Below, piece by piece: positions 39,141 to 52,573 of a DNA stretch of 64,000 nt. Numbering within the stretch: position 1 is the first letter of the stretch; each line of letters starts with the position of its first letter. Made by a program: the position numbers and the translations under genes. The notes under the pieces were generated by a model that was not told where the DNA came from, searched no databases, and saw nothing but the letters and a program-made list of their open reading frames with translations. This stretch comes from Convolutriloba macropyga (Eukaryota), in contig NC_134474.1 of the NCBI RefSeq assembly GCF_964194025.1, positions 18,290,001 to 18,354,000 of the forward strand, read 5' to 3'.

Positions 39141-39600
39141 NNNNNNNNNNNNNNNNNNNNNNNNNNNNNNNNNNNNNNNNNNNNNNNNNNNNNNNNNNNN
39201 NNNNNNNNNNNNNNNNNNNNNNNNNNNNNNNNNNNNNNNNNNNNNNNNNNNNNNNNNNNNNNNNNNNNNNNNNNNNNNNNNNNNNNNNNNNNNNNNNNNN
39301 NNNNNNNNNNNNNNNNNNNNNNNNNNNNNNNNNNNNNNNNNNNNNNNNNNNNNNNNNNNNNNNNNNNNNNNNNNNNNNNNNNNNNNNNNNNNNNNNNNNN
39401 NNNNNNNNNNNNNNNNNNNNNNNNNNNNNNNNNNNNNNNNNNNNNNNNNNNNNNNNNNNNNNNNNNNNNNNNNNNNNNNNNNNNNNNNNNNNNNNNNNNN
39501 NNNNNNNNNNNNNNNNNNNNNNNNNNNNNNNNNNNNNNNNNNNNNNNNNNNNNNNNNNNNNNNNNNNNNNNNNNNNNNNNNNNNNNNNNNNNNNNNNNNN
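39141..39600. other. Assembly gap (N run) between two converging retroelement tails
   Basis: 460 N. Confidence 1.
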
Positions 39601-39719
39601 AATTGTATATAAAACCAGCAGCTGGGAAAGTAAAACAAAAGACACAGCATTAGAAAACAAACAACTAACGACCAAAGCAGATGAGTCAAACAAACAGCCT
39701 CCTTTCTTCAACCACAGCT

Positions 39720-42700
39720 CCCATTGAAGCATCGAAATTTTGCGCCGCCTAACCGTCCTTGACCCACGAATGCACAAGATGGATTTCCCTAGGAGAGCAA
39801 AGCTGATTTGTCCTTAGATAAAATATCAGCGTAGCTGTCCTCTTTTCACGCAGAGTGTTTTGATGCCCGTTGTTTAAGCAATTTTGAAGCTGATGGGCCA
39901 GCTCCACTAGTGCATGCGAAGACAAGGGGATAAAATGTTGCTTTCTCAACCTCAGTTATTCTTTTTTCATATTCGTTCTGTTTAAAACTTATTTGGTACT
40001 TGTAGGCTACACTACTGCTTTCAGGGCAACTTTTTTTCAGCGTGTAGAAAATTTTCACAATAAAATAGGTTTTTTTAAACCGCGATACTCAAATCCCGTT
40101 GCCCTTGATATTTAATCTTGCATCAACATCAGTTGTCGTTGATTTAAGAGCAAAGTTTTCCCCTTGCAACGGCTGAAGATGAGGTTCGATCTCTACATCA
40201 TGACAGAAGTCCCTTAACAAGTTCGCAAAGGAATCGCGAAGTTCATTATGTATCATGTGGGTTTATCCTCATTTCGGACAAGGGAAGGCATGAGCCAAGT
40301 ATTCATAGCATGCGCATTGTAAAGGCATCTGCACCGGGGTCCCAGCCATAGCGAACGTCAATGCCATCACGAAACTCGCTTTTCGTTAATTCAAAGCGCT
40401 TCAAGGGCATAGCGTTCAACCATCTTGATGCTCCCTTTTACTAGCTAAGCCAGGTGAGCGAATCTCGTTCTTACTCAATTCGCTCTTAATTCTCCTCTTT
40501 TTTGGTTCAGTACCAAGCTCTTTCTCCTTCTTTTTTTTTTATCTTACGATATGTTGTTGCTTTGGCTGTGCTTTGGGCAGAGATAGAGATAAGGGAACTG
40601 ACAGTTGAACTGATCATTCATATTCCTTAAAATTTTAATTTGCTTCAGTTTTTATGGATGTACATACCAGCCTTTTTTTATCGGCAACGAAAAGATTTTT
40701 AGATATTTTCGGTTTTAGGCGGGATTTCTCAATAGATTAGATAATAGCTCATCCTTGATTGATTTCTCACATTAGCATTTATACTAGGTCTTCAATACTA
40801 GGTCTTCAATACTACGTGTTGTACGAGCTAATGAAGTCAGTGCATGCTGAGCGCATCAAGTAAACTATTTATAAACATCTTGAGGTGAAGCACTGGTATG
40901 AAAGGCCAGTTCTTTAACAACAATTTCCACTGTTTTTTTGACCTTTCTACAAATTTTTTCTCTGCATTATCAGAATCTATCACACTACCAAGTATTCCTT
41001 GCACCATCATTTATTTCCACTTCGTCGTGAACAAAAAATCTGCTGTTTTTTTCAAAAAATGTTTTTTGGTAATGATGTGGCATTTGCTAAGATGGTAGCT
41101 TAAAACAGGGCCATGTTTTTTTAAAGATTAATTTTTTTCAATTGTTATCAGAACCGACAGCGATGCCATCGTCCGCATACCACGATTGAACAGTAAAGCA
41201 ATCACAAAAAGTTTCAACTAAGGGGTTAGTGGCAAATCCATACAATTACATCACAAGAAGTTTGTCTTGGGTTGAACCTTTCCGGTAGAACTTTGTTTGT
41301 TTGTTATTAATTATATTTCATCGCTCACGATGTAAATTACGTTTGGATTGAGAGACAATTAGGCATTGTTTTTAAAGTTTTGTATAACAGGATCACGGTT
41401 CAGACTATTTGAGACTATTGAAAGTTTTTTTTGAGTCGATAATCATGATCGCCTACGAACATTTTTGTAAAGAGAAGCTCTCAATGGAAAAATTGCATGT
41501 TGAATTCCTCCGTTTTGACCCATGCATTGTTGCTGATCACCACCTAATATCTTAAGGTCGGTTTTATTACATTTGACAATATTTTTTCGCATAATTTGCC
41601 TGAGCGTTTTCCTGATTCCTATCGGACGTACGTATTGCACAAGCATTTATCATGAACTTTCAACCAAAATGAAGGATACGGAAAAAGGAAAGTCCATTGA
41701 AAAATAGCTATGAGTATTGCTATCATAGCAAACGTTTTGCATAAATCATTTGAGGACGACTTATAGAATGTCAGAAGCTTTTGCCAATCGTTAGCATCCA
41801 GGCTGGAAGGGCCATGATTTCCATGCGTCTGATGGCAGATTTTTTCACCATTGAGACATTGGGTTTTTCAAATATGGAATGAATGTAAAACGTTTAGATG
41901 TTCATTGCTCACTAGATAATTCAAATTGGCTCTGCCTGGTTCAAAATCTTTCTCGCGTAAGACATCAAAGAATGCTTTTTTTGTCAGTTAAATAAAAAAC
42001 TTCAGCTTCTACTTCTTCTGTAGGATTTCGATTGACATTGGAAATTTTTCATGTCTACATGATTATCAATTTTTTTGTAGTCATCAGCAAATTATTTTGC
42101 TTAAGTTCTACTCAGAAATTCCTGGAAAGCTTTTGCTTCAAGAAACAGGGATTTTAACCTTCAATCTAACCGTGTTGCAATGGTTTTGTTTTTTGGGGCG
42201 TCATCTTTTGCTCTTGTCCTTGCATGAATGAGATGAGGCATCACCATTATTCAGTACATTCCCGTTTCCGCGTAAGAATTATATAAAGTGACAGATAGGA
42301 TTTCATTCAAGTTCTCGGTGAATTTATGGCCTGGCTTGTTTCTTGAGAGCGTAATAAAAGTTGCTTTCCAATGAACAACTTGTCTGTAGATGGTCTTCAG
42401 AGGCTTTTTTGCTGTCCTCGAGGTTCAGCCAGTAACTGCAGGTTTGAGAGAGGCTTCCCTAGAAACTTGCGATGTTTGGCTATTGGCCGCTAAATAGCAT
42501 AGAGTTGTTGCCTCTGAGAAGATTAGAGTTGCTTTCGTTACGCAGCTTACGCAGCGGAACTGCTCATGATGTTCTTGCCTAGGGATGAGTCCGTTACACT
42601 TAACGTGCTGAAATGTGGCGCATGATTAACTCCAAAATCATCCACTTCTGAGCTGAAATGAACATTTTGAGCAATGTGACCGCTTGGACTTGTGGATGGG

Positions 42701-42720
42701 ATTTAAATAGGAGAGACGGT
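39720..42720 (-). mobile_element. CRE-clade non-LTR retrotransposon (RT + restriction-like endonuclease), decayed
   Basis: Minus-strand translation: GPSSLDANDWQKLL, VRPIGIRKTLRQI, QSWYADDGIAVG (YADD at 41168-41179), FRDGIDVRYGW, HNELRDSFANLLRDFCHDVEIEPHLQPLQGE, ARLNIKATG, EYEKRITEVEKATFYPLVFACTSGAG, LCIRGSR. This is the characteristic CRE C-terminal series. Confidence 0.85.
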
Positions 42721-44049
42721 TATTAGACTGAAAACATATGGTAAACTAACGAGTGACGAAATCAAAAATGCGGGTTAAATAACAAGCAGACATATGATTA
42801 CCATAGAAAGGGAAATATATACTATTTTTGCAGAAGTGATTTAAAAGGAAATTGGTTTATGGGGACAGAATTTGAATGGTTGGATAAAAAAAACCTATTT
42901 ATCTAATCATTCGGTTTGAAGACCGTAATATAGAGAAGTATGACAGTAAAAACAAAATAGCGCTAATGAGGGAGCTTATTCCGCTAGTGGAAATTGGTTG
43001 AGTTTGCCTCTTACTGAACAATTTTTTTCATGAGCTTCAAGTAACTCAATTAAATCGGCTGAGAAGTTTGAGCCAGCAGGCGAAATGGAAGCTAATTGTG
43101 CAAAATTAGTGTTCCGGTGAATAAAGAAATTTTTTGAAATTTGAGGCACTATAGTCAAAAACCCACATTTATCTGTATTCAGGTTTTCTTTAACACCACC
43201 AAAATAATACCCTTGAGCGCTATTAAATCTGTGAGAATCGCAATGAAAAATAATTGTTGAAACCTATGCAAGAAATATACTGAAAATGCGCTGAAGAAAT
43301 TAAGTAAGAGTTGCGCTGAAGATGTACAGTAAACTATAATTTCCAGTGCTCTCTCAAATTTTTGGCGCAAGTTGCGGCTTTCTTACATAATTTCATTGCT
43401 TTTCTTACAAAATATGCGACGAAGCAACCCTGACATCTCAACTTGGGAAGTGTGGAAAAGCAACAATTTGATATGTGTTTAAATTGAAGACAAAAAAAAC
43501 AAAACAGCATCGTCCGCAAAAAAAAAATGATGGGCAAGCCAAGCTGTTAACTTTTGTACTCTATGGGAAAAAAATAACAAAAAAAGCGGACATACAACCA
43601 AACTTTGAGTGACACTCAAAAACGCTTTAATTCCCCATAAAAAAGCTATGAAAAACATTTCGGCCGCGGAGTGAATAATCTGTCAGAAATCACTGAACAC
43701 CAAGGAATATTCAGGATCAATTTATTGGTTAAGAAATCAAGAATTCGTGATAGTAAACATCACAGGCAAGACTATAGATCACTTCCAACATCAAAAACAG
43801 ATTTTCTTCACTTAGATAAGAATTAAAAAGCATTGGAGTCATTTAGCTGCAGTGTCGTCTTTGGAGAAAAACACACTCTAGGATGTTTGTTCGTCAAATA
43901 ATTTTTTCTGAAAATTAGCCGAAATGTATTGACAGGATTGGAGGGGCACGCAGAAATACGCAGAAGTTTGAACGTTAATTCACTATTGTTGGATTATGGG
44001 TAGCTAATATATGTAGTGAACCAGCTTATACACATACCTTAAATTAATT

Positions 44050-47000
44050 TCAGTTTTTCCATGACCAATAGAATGCTTACCTAAAGCAAAGCAGGACTGA
44101 TTGTCCACAAAAATTATCAGAGATAATTTACCAGAAATTCTCAAGTCCTCTAGAATTCCACTTAGATGGATAGCTTCATTACTGGCATCAACAACAGAAA
44201 CAAACTCTGCTTCAGCAGTTAATGTTGCTACAGATTTCTGGGCCTTACCATCCGAAATTACTACACCAGACGACTCACTTAACCTATAACAAAAAACCTG
44301 AAGCACGCCTCCTGATATCCATGTTTCCTGTCCAATCAGGATTAAAAAAATTCAACAAACAAAAAACCTGAGTCTTTCGCAAAGTCAAAGTCCAAGTCAT
44401 TTTTCCTCTTAAGTAACTAAGAACACGCTTGGACACTTTCCATTAAATTACTCCTGGATTTCCAACAAAATAACTTAAAGCATAAGCAGCAAAACGAATA
44501 ACGTTTCTACTCGACAAAGGTAGATAGTTAAGACAACCTACCAATTTTCGAAAGTTAGTTTTTCTCATTCTCCTCACATTGCTCCTCAATACCCTCCTGA
44601 GGACATTCCTTTTTTAAAAGTTTGCAACTTTCCTCCAATGGTTTACCAATTGGCCTACAGTAGTTCATTTTGGAAGCTTATAGAATTTTTTCAATTTATT
44701 TCTCTTGACTAATTTTTAATTCCAAGAAAATCCTCTCATTTTTCATTCCTAAGAACAACGCCAAATCTGAATAACCACCGATTTTAAACTCTTTGCAAAC
44801 ATCACTATGGAACTAATCAGATAAGTTTCACAAAAAAAAACCCAAACGATTAAGTCATCTACCCACAAATAAAGAAACCCAAATTTTTTTTATCCTCCTG
44901 CCTTTTTTAAGCTATCACTCGTCATAATATGAGTTAATCAATCATAGTCTAATCAAGAAAGCCTTAAATATCAGAAAAATAGTTTCTACTAGATGTTTCT
45001 AACCATACAAATTCCTTTTTAGTTTACAAACTAAGAGATCAAAAACTCCAGGTTGTTTAATGACTACGTTTTTCAATTGGAGCATTTAAATGAGCAGATT
45101 TTATGTCTATCTGTTTTTATATAATAATTGTTAGAAATAGCCAGAAACATCAAAATTATAATGTTGAAAGTCTAGCTGTAGGTGAGTAAGTTTCATAAAA
45201 ACGTTTTTAGAAAACTTGGTTAAAACCTGTTGAAACAAAGTGAGCTTTATTACGACATATGTCACCATCAGAAGAAATTTCAAAGCAAAACGCTCTCTAC
45301 CTCCTTCCGGTTCTTTGTCACTTTTTGCCAAGGACCAAACATTGTCTTCAAACAAACAATTGTATTTACTTTTCATTGGTCCGAGCCAATTTGGATTTTG
45401 CAAAGCCTCATCAACATTTCTTGGAAGCAAAAGATAGATAACGAGTTAAATCAAAAATGAATTTTCATTTAAATTATTATCAATTTTGTCCACTAATTTT
45501 GGCGTTTCCGTATGTTTGATTCAATATTCATTTTTTTTAAACTTACGTTTCTGGATATTCAAGTTTTGAGTTCTCCTTTTTCGTCTTCAAACCCAATCAA
45601 ATAGCATTTACTATTATCAGTTTTCCCAGAAAAAGTTCCCTTTTTTAGAATTGATCTATCTTTTTGAGAAAGGATTATTCAAAATGCATAAATGCCATAT
45701 ATCAAAAAGTTTTGAAAAGAGATAAAATAGGTTTTTCGTTGTACATCATTTCAAAAGGTGTTTTCTCTAGAGCTCAACGCAAAATCATGTTTTTGGCACA
45801 AAAAGCCATGTTTACGGCGTTTGTCAAATATTTTTTGTCCAACCAACCGCTATACAAGAAACATCAAATCAAAGCAACAGAACATTCCCAAATTCTTTCA
45901 ATTTTTCCATTTTCTTGTAAATCATATGGAGAATTTTATAAACGAATTCCTTGGTTTTTACTATAGCGCTTAAAGTCAATTGAAATATATTCTCCACTTC
46001 CATCAGAAACTAAAGCACCTTTTTTTCTAACATCAGCACAAAACTGTTTAAAGTTATCTGGGACCTCGTCTCTTGTTATTATAAAGAAAAATTTTAAAAC
46101 GACTGAAACTATCTACAAAATTAATGGCAAAACAATGGCCATCAATAGCTTCAGGAAAAAAATTTCCTAAGAAATCTGTATGCAAAATGTCCAATTTTTT
46201 TCGCTCTTATCATGCTATCTCCTCGAACAGGCTGTTTTCTCTACCTATTTAACTCACAAACTTCACAACAATCATTTTTCAATTCGTCATTTTTTATACT
46301 TTCAACAAAGTCTGGCAGGCGTTTCAAATCAAAGAAACTCTTTTCTTTGCAAGCAACATTTGTGAACTGTCAACATTAACGCAATTTTCATTAGAACAAG
46401 GGAAGTTTTCTACAATAACAATCAATTTTCAACCTCAAAAGGAAACGAGAGTTTGTTAAAACAGATTTAGTTTTATCACCCAAAAAAACATCAAGAACAG
46501 CCGCTCTAAGCTTCTAACATAGAAGTTAAGTTTTTTGAGTTTCAGTAGGAATGGAGCATATTTGAGAACAATTTTTTTGTTCTTCTTTGCTATCCTTAGA
46601 GAAAAAATCAAAATCCAAGCATTGTAGATTATGCCAAAAACAAGTTCATCCAGGTTACCAAAAGAATTTTAACTTAAATCAAGTAGTTTGTTGCACCAGA
46701 GTCATTGATAAGATCTTGATGTTCAACAAAATTCTCATTCGAAAACAAGCTAAAGCTTTTCACTTCTTGAGCTTTCGAAAGTAAATTTTGAGTTTCTTTC
46801 GATTTATTTTTTTATTTATCCGTTCAATTTTCTCGGAACTAACTTTTCTTGTTACAGAAACAGTTTTTGGCAACAAGTCCAATCTTTTTGCAATTAAAAC
46901 AAATTATTTTTGCGTTAGATTTTTTTTGTTAATTTCTGAACGTTGTTCACGATAAAAATTTGCAACATTCCACCTCTTGCGACAATTAAAAGAAGTTCAA

Positions 47001-47630
47001 TCATTGGCAAAAAGAATGGATTCTGATTTCTCTGTGTTTCTTTCGCTACAATTCTTACTTGAAAATTCAATATAATCAGGTTTAATTTCATTCAATGTTT
47101 TATCTTGACTATATTTTACCAGAGTACAAAAACTTTTAAATTCACGAGGAAGTCCCTTCAAAATTATTAGACAAATTTTTTTCAATTATTGACTAGCTTA
47201 CTTCGGAAAAGTTTAACTGCTTGTCCTCGGCTCTAGTTAAAAAATTCTACAACGATTTCGGTACCGTGTTTTTTCAAATTCGTTAAATCAGATATCAGTT
47301 TTTGTAAACGCGGTCTCTCAAAACTTTAAGATATCTGACACAACAAGTTTCCAGCTTTGGCCCTTTTCCCCTATATGGTCGCAAAAATAAAACTGATTAT
47401 TCTTATCGAGGCACTGGAAAATTTCATAAAAATGGCCATCTGATTTTCGTCAAAAAATAATTTTCTACTTTCCATCGGCATCGTCAATTTGCTCCTGTGA
47501 CGGACGTCCCCTGAGCGTAAGCATAAACTCCTTATATCTTACAGTGCCGCCAAGAGTTTGATTCAATTTTGGAACATACATTTGAGCATCAAACCCTTCA
47601 GAAAAATGGTTTTCTTCTTGCACAAAATAT
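44050..47630 (-). mobile_element. Ty1/copia LTR retrotransposon relic (internal region; LTRs not found)
   Basis: Minus-strand order: gag (ILKGLPREFKSF, CFNCKKIG), PR (NDSGATNY, ~46700), IN (SDGSGEYIS, NGKIER), RT (PRNVDEALQNPNW, YETYSPTARL, QIDIKSAHLN, LWVDDLI), RH (SVATLTAEAEF, FVDNQSC). IN-before-RT order indicates copia. Confidence 0.88.
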
Positions 47631-47867
47631 TCTTATTTACAACAAAAAAATTTATCATTAATTTTGCTGTTTCATAATTAAAGTATTGATCACTTTTTAT
47701 GTCAGAGGGAAAATTCAAACATAAAATATAAACGTTCAACAAAATAAAATTAAAATTTAGAATCTAATCGCACACTCTTTCAAACAAATATCTTAGACTT
47801 ATGCAAAACTTAACATGAACGCAAATAAAGTATCAAATTTTGAAACATCTATTACAGAGTTAAGGAA

Positions 47868-50800
47868 AACCAAACAGTTGTCTATTTTTTTGAGATCTCC
47901 AACGCAAGTTATAAAAAAACGATGACTTTTTAAAAAAAACATCTTAAATATAAGAAGAAGAAATCAACTCAGAGGTTGAAAACACACAGTGTTTAGACGT
48001 TTGTTGTTGACCACAAGACAATCTTTATTAATAAAACCTCTTGACTTTTAATTACTTTTTTCGTCAAAAAATTTGTCGTTAAATTGAGTGATTTTTTAAA
48101 AAGCAGTGTTTTTGAATCCTGTCTACTTGGTAAAACAATTGACCCGTTTTGTTTTTGAGTGTAGTTATTTGGACAATTTTTGACTGAACATTGGCCAATA
48201 TAGCCAGTGATTGCCCCCCTGCAACTAAGCTCCATGAGGTCGGATCCTGCAGATAGTTTCACAACCAATTACTTGAACTTTTCTCTTACGTATGAATCAA
48301 TTTTTGCAATTTTTCTTCAAGCAAGCCTTCTGTGCAGCATTTTTTACTTTGTTCAACTATATAGTAGGTTTGCATATGTTTAAAATGTACACAATGTTAC
48401 AAGCCCTACAGGGACTCTTACCAAAATCGTTTTTACAAATTTATTCTATTCAAAAGAAAGATTTATTCTTTTTTAAAGAAACGGAATCTTTTAATTGACC
48501 CTTTTTTTGTTTCAATCGACAATTTTTCTAAATTACTAGTGATTTTCACTCACCCGTAATGAAGCTTTGACGCGCGCTGGAATCTTCAAATTTATAAATA
48601 TTAAACTATAAAATAATTTAACAAATCAACAGTTTCAAAATTTAACTCGCTCTCTANNNNNNNNNNNNNNNNNNNNNNNNNNNNNNNNNNNNNNNNNNNN
48701 NNNNNNNNNNNNNNNNNNNNNNNNNNNNNNNNNNNNNNNNNNNNNNNNNNNNNNNNNNNNNNNNNNNNNNNNNNNNNNNNNNNNNNNNNNNNNNNNNNNN
48801 NNNNNNNNNNNNNNNNNNNNNNNNNNNNNNNNNNNNNNNNNCTCCGACTTTGTCTTTGACGGACCCACACATTCTTTTGATCAGGCACTCACTCTCTCTC
48901 CGTCAATGTCGTTTGACGGACACACACTGTTTTGACCAGGGCAATCGCTCTCGCTCATTGTCACTCTATCAAGCAGGCATTGCTTTAAGCTTTCTTTTTT
49001 TAACGTGTCAAATTTCATGGCTCAGAACCTATTGACGAGCTTAGAGAAGCACGCTAAAAAAACAGCAGTTTGAAAGTTTATTCACTATTGTTGGATTATG
49101 GGTGTCAAATATGTGTACAAAATCAGCTTAAATGATTGCTGTAAATTACCCACCAAAGCTTGATCTGGATGTGTGAATTTAGCTCAAAGTTCTGGCTTGT
49201 GCTTTCTCACTTTCAACTTTTGAAGTAATGCTGAAAAAAATTATAGCTGAGGAAGAAAACCGGTTTTTGTTTTATTTTCGAGGCTGAATATATTCTTTTC
49301 CTATTTTCTTCAGAAACTAGTAACAAGTAACAAGTCCTTAATTAGCAACTTTCTGCTTCTATATAGCATATTTCTATAAGAGATTTTTTTTGTTTTTTAA
49401 GTTCTTTCTTGTCTTTTTTCGTTTCTTCTAAAAGTGGTTTTCTTTTAAGAGTTTCTTTTAAAAGTGGTTCCAATATTATCCGTTTTCTTTTTTTCACCAA
49501 AACGTTTAAAATAACAGGGTACAAAATCATTAAGGAAAGTGCTCACCTAATGTTCAAATCAACTACTGAACGCCATTATCAAATAAATTGTCACAGTAGT
49601 TTAATTTTGTTGTACAAGGATTGCTACAAAGACCGCTACCTCAGTTTTTGCTAGTGGTAACAGTTTGGCGTCTGATACAACCATTGGTACAAAAGGTGTA
49701 CATTTGGGCAAAACAAAGTCAACTGCACAGTCATGTCTTAAAGAAAGTTCTCTTATTTCTTCTCAGAGATTTCTATTGCAGAATTAGCGATGACCAAACA
49801 GTTGTCTATTTTTTTGAGATCTTCAACGCAAATTATGAAAAATGACAATTTTTTTTTAAAAAAATCTTAAATATAACAAGAAAAAATCACCTCAGAGTTT
49901 GAAAACACACAGTGTTGAGACGTTTGTTATTGACCACCAGATAGTCTTTATTAATAGAACTTTTTGACTTTTAATTACTTTTTTCGTCAAAAAATTCTTC
50001 GTTGAAATGAGTGATTTTTTCAAAAAGCAGTGTTTTTGAATTCTGTCCACTTGGTAAAACAATTGACCCGTTTTGTTTAAGAGTGTAGTTATTTGGACAA
50101 ACTTCGAGTGGACATTGACCAATTTAGCCAATGATTGCCCCCTGCAACTAAGCACCATGAGGTCGGATCCTGCAGATAGTTTCACAACCAATTACTTGAA
50201 CTTTTCTCTTACGTATGAATCAACTTTTGCAATTTTTTTTCAAGCAAACCTTCTGTGCAGCATTTTTTACTTTGTTCAACCATATGGTAGGTTTGCATAT
50301 GTTTCAAATGTACACAACGTTACAAGCCCTACAGGGACTGTTACCAAAATCGTTTTTACAAATTTTGTTCTATTCAAAAAAACGATTTATTCTTTTTTAA
50401 GGAAACGGACTCTCTTAATTGACTCTTTTTTGTTTCAATCGACAATTTTTCTATATTACTAGTGATTTTCACTCACCCCAAATGAAGCTTTGACGCGCGC
50501 TCGAATCTTCAAATTTATAAATATTAATCTATAAAATAAATTAACAAAGCAACAGTTTCAAAATTTAACTCGCTCTCTAAGAGTCTTCTTCTTNNNNNNN
50601 NNNNNNNNNNNNNNNNNNNNNNNNNNNNNNNNNNNNNNNNNNNNNNNNNNNNNNNNNNNNNNNNNNNNNNNNNNNNNNNNNNNNNNNNNNNNNNNNNNNN
50701 NNNNNNNNNNNNNNNNNNNNNNNNNNNNNNNNNNNNNNNNNNNNNNNNNNNNNNNNNNNNNNNNNNNNNNNNNNNNNNNNNNNNNNNNNNNNNNNNNNNN

Positions 50801-52540
50801 NNNNNNNNNNNNNNNNNNNNNNNNNNTAACGGACCCACACACTCTTTTGATCATGCACTCACTATCTCTCCTTCAATGCCGTTTGAAGGACACACACTGT
50901 TTTGACCAGGGCAATCCCTCTCGCTCATTGTCACTCTATCAAGCAGGCATTGCTTTATGCTTTTTTTTAACGTGTCAAATTTCATGGCTCATAACTTATT
51001 GACAAGCTTAGAGAAGCACGCTAAAACACAGCAGTTTGAAAGCTTATTCACTATTGTTGGATTATGGGAGTCAAATATGTGTAGAAAATCAGCTTAAATG
51101 ATTGCTGTAAATTACCCACCAAAGCTTGATCTGGATGTGTGAATTTAGCTCAAAGTTCTGGCTTGTGCTTTCTCACTTTCAACTTTTGAAGTAATGCTGA
51201 AAAAAATTATAGCTGAGGAAGAAAACCGGTTTTGTTTTACTTTCGAGGCTGAATATATTCTTTTCCTATTTTCTTCAGAAACTAGTAAGAAGTAACAAGT
51301 CAGTAATTAGCAACTTTCTGCTTCTAAATAGCCTATTTTTATAAAAGATTTCTTTTGTTTTTTCAAATTCTTTCTTGTCTTTTTTCGTTTCTTCTAAAAG
51401 TGGTTTTCTTTTAAAAGTTTCTTTTATAAGTTGTTCCAATATTATCTGTTTTCTTTTTCTCACCAAAACGTTTAAAATAACAGGGTACAAAATCATTAAG
51501 GAAAGTGCTCACCTAATGTTCAAATCAACTACTGAACGCCATTATCAAATAGTTTGTCACAGTAGTTTATTTTTGTTGTACAAGGATTGCTACAAAGACC
51601 GCTACCTCAGTTTTTGCTTGTGGTAACAGTTTGGCGACTGATACAACCATTGGTACAAAAGGTGTAAATTTGAGCAAAACAAAGTCATCTGCACAGTCAT
51701 GTCTTAAAGAAAGTTCTCTTTTTTCTTCTCAGAAGATTTCTATTGTAGAATTAGCGATGACCAAACAGTTGTCTATTTTTTTGAGATCTTCAACGCAAAT
51801 TATAAAAAGCGATGAATTTTTTTTAAAAAAAACATCCTAAATAAAAGAAGAAAAATCAAATCAGAGTTTGAAAACACACAGTGTTGAGACGTTTGTTATT
51901 GACCACCAGACAGTCTTTATTATAAAAACTTTTTGACTTTTAATTACTTTTTTCGTCAAAAAATTCTTCGCTGAATTGAGTGATTTTTTCAAAAAGCAGT
52001 GGTTTTGAATCCTGTCCACTTGGTACAACAATTCACCCGTTTTGTTTTTGATTGTAGTTATTTGGACAAATTTTGAGTGGACATTGACCAATATAGCCAG
52101 TGATTGCCCCCCCCCCTGCAACTAAGCACCGTGAGGTTGGATCCTGCAGATAGTTTCACAACCAATTACTTGAACTTTTTTTTACGTATGAACCAACTTT
52201 TGTAATTTTTTTTCAAGCAAGCCTTCTGTGCAGCATTTTTTTACTTTGTTCAACCATATGGTAGGTTTGCATATGTTTCAAAAGGTACACAATGTTACAA
52301 GCCCTACAGGGTCCCTTACCAAAATCGTTTTCACAAATTTTTTTTATTCAAAAGAACGTTTTATTCTTTTTTAAAGAAACGGGCTCTTTTAATTGACCCT
52401 TTTTTGTTTCCATCGACAATTTTTCTAAATTACTAGTGATTTTCACTCACCCGTAATGAAGCTTTCACGCGCGCTGGAATCTTCAAATTTATTAATATTA
52501 AACTATAAAAAAATTTAACAAATCAACAGTTTCAAAATTT

Positions 52541-52573
<33 letters not shown>

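Noticed and set aside
38524-39777. Long ORFs containing X runs (also around 48.6, 50.5, 52.5 and 54.4 kb)
   Set aside because: Artefacts of translating through N gaps.
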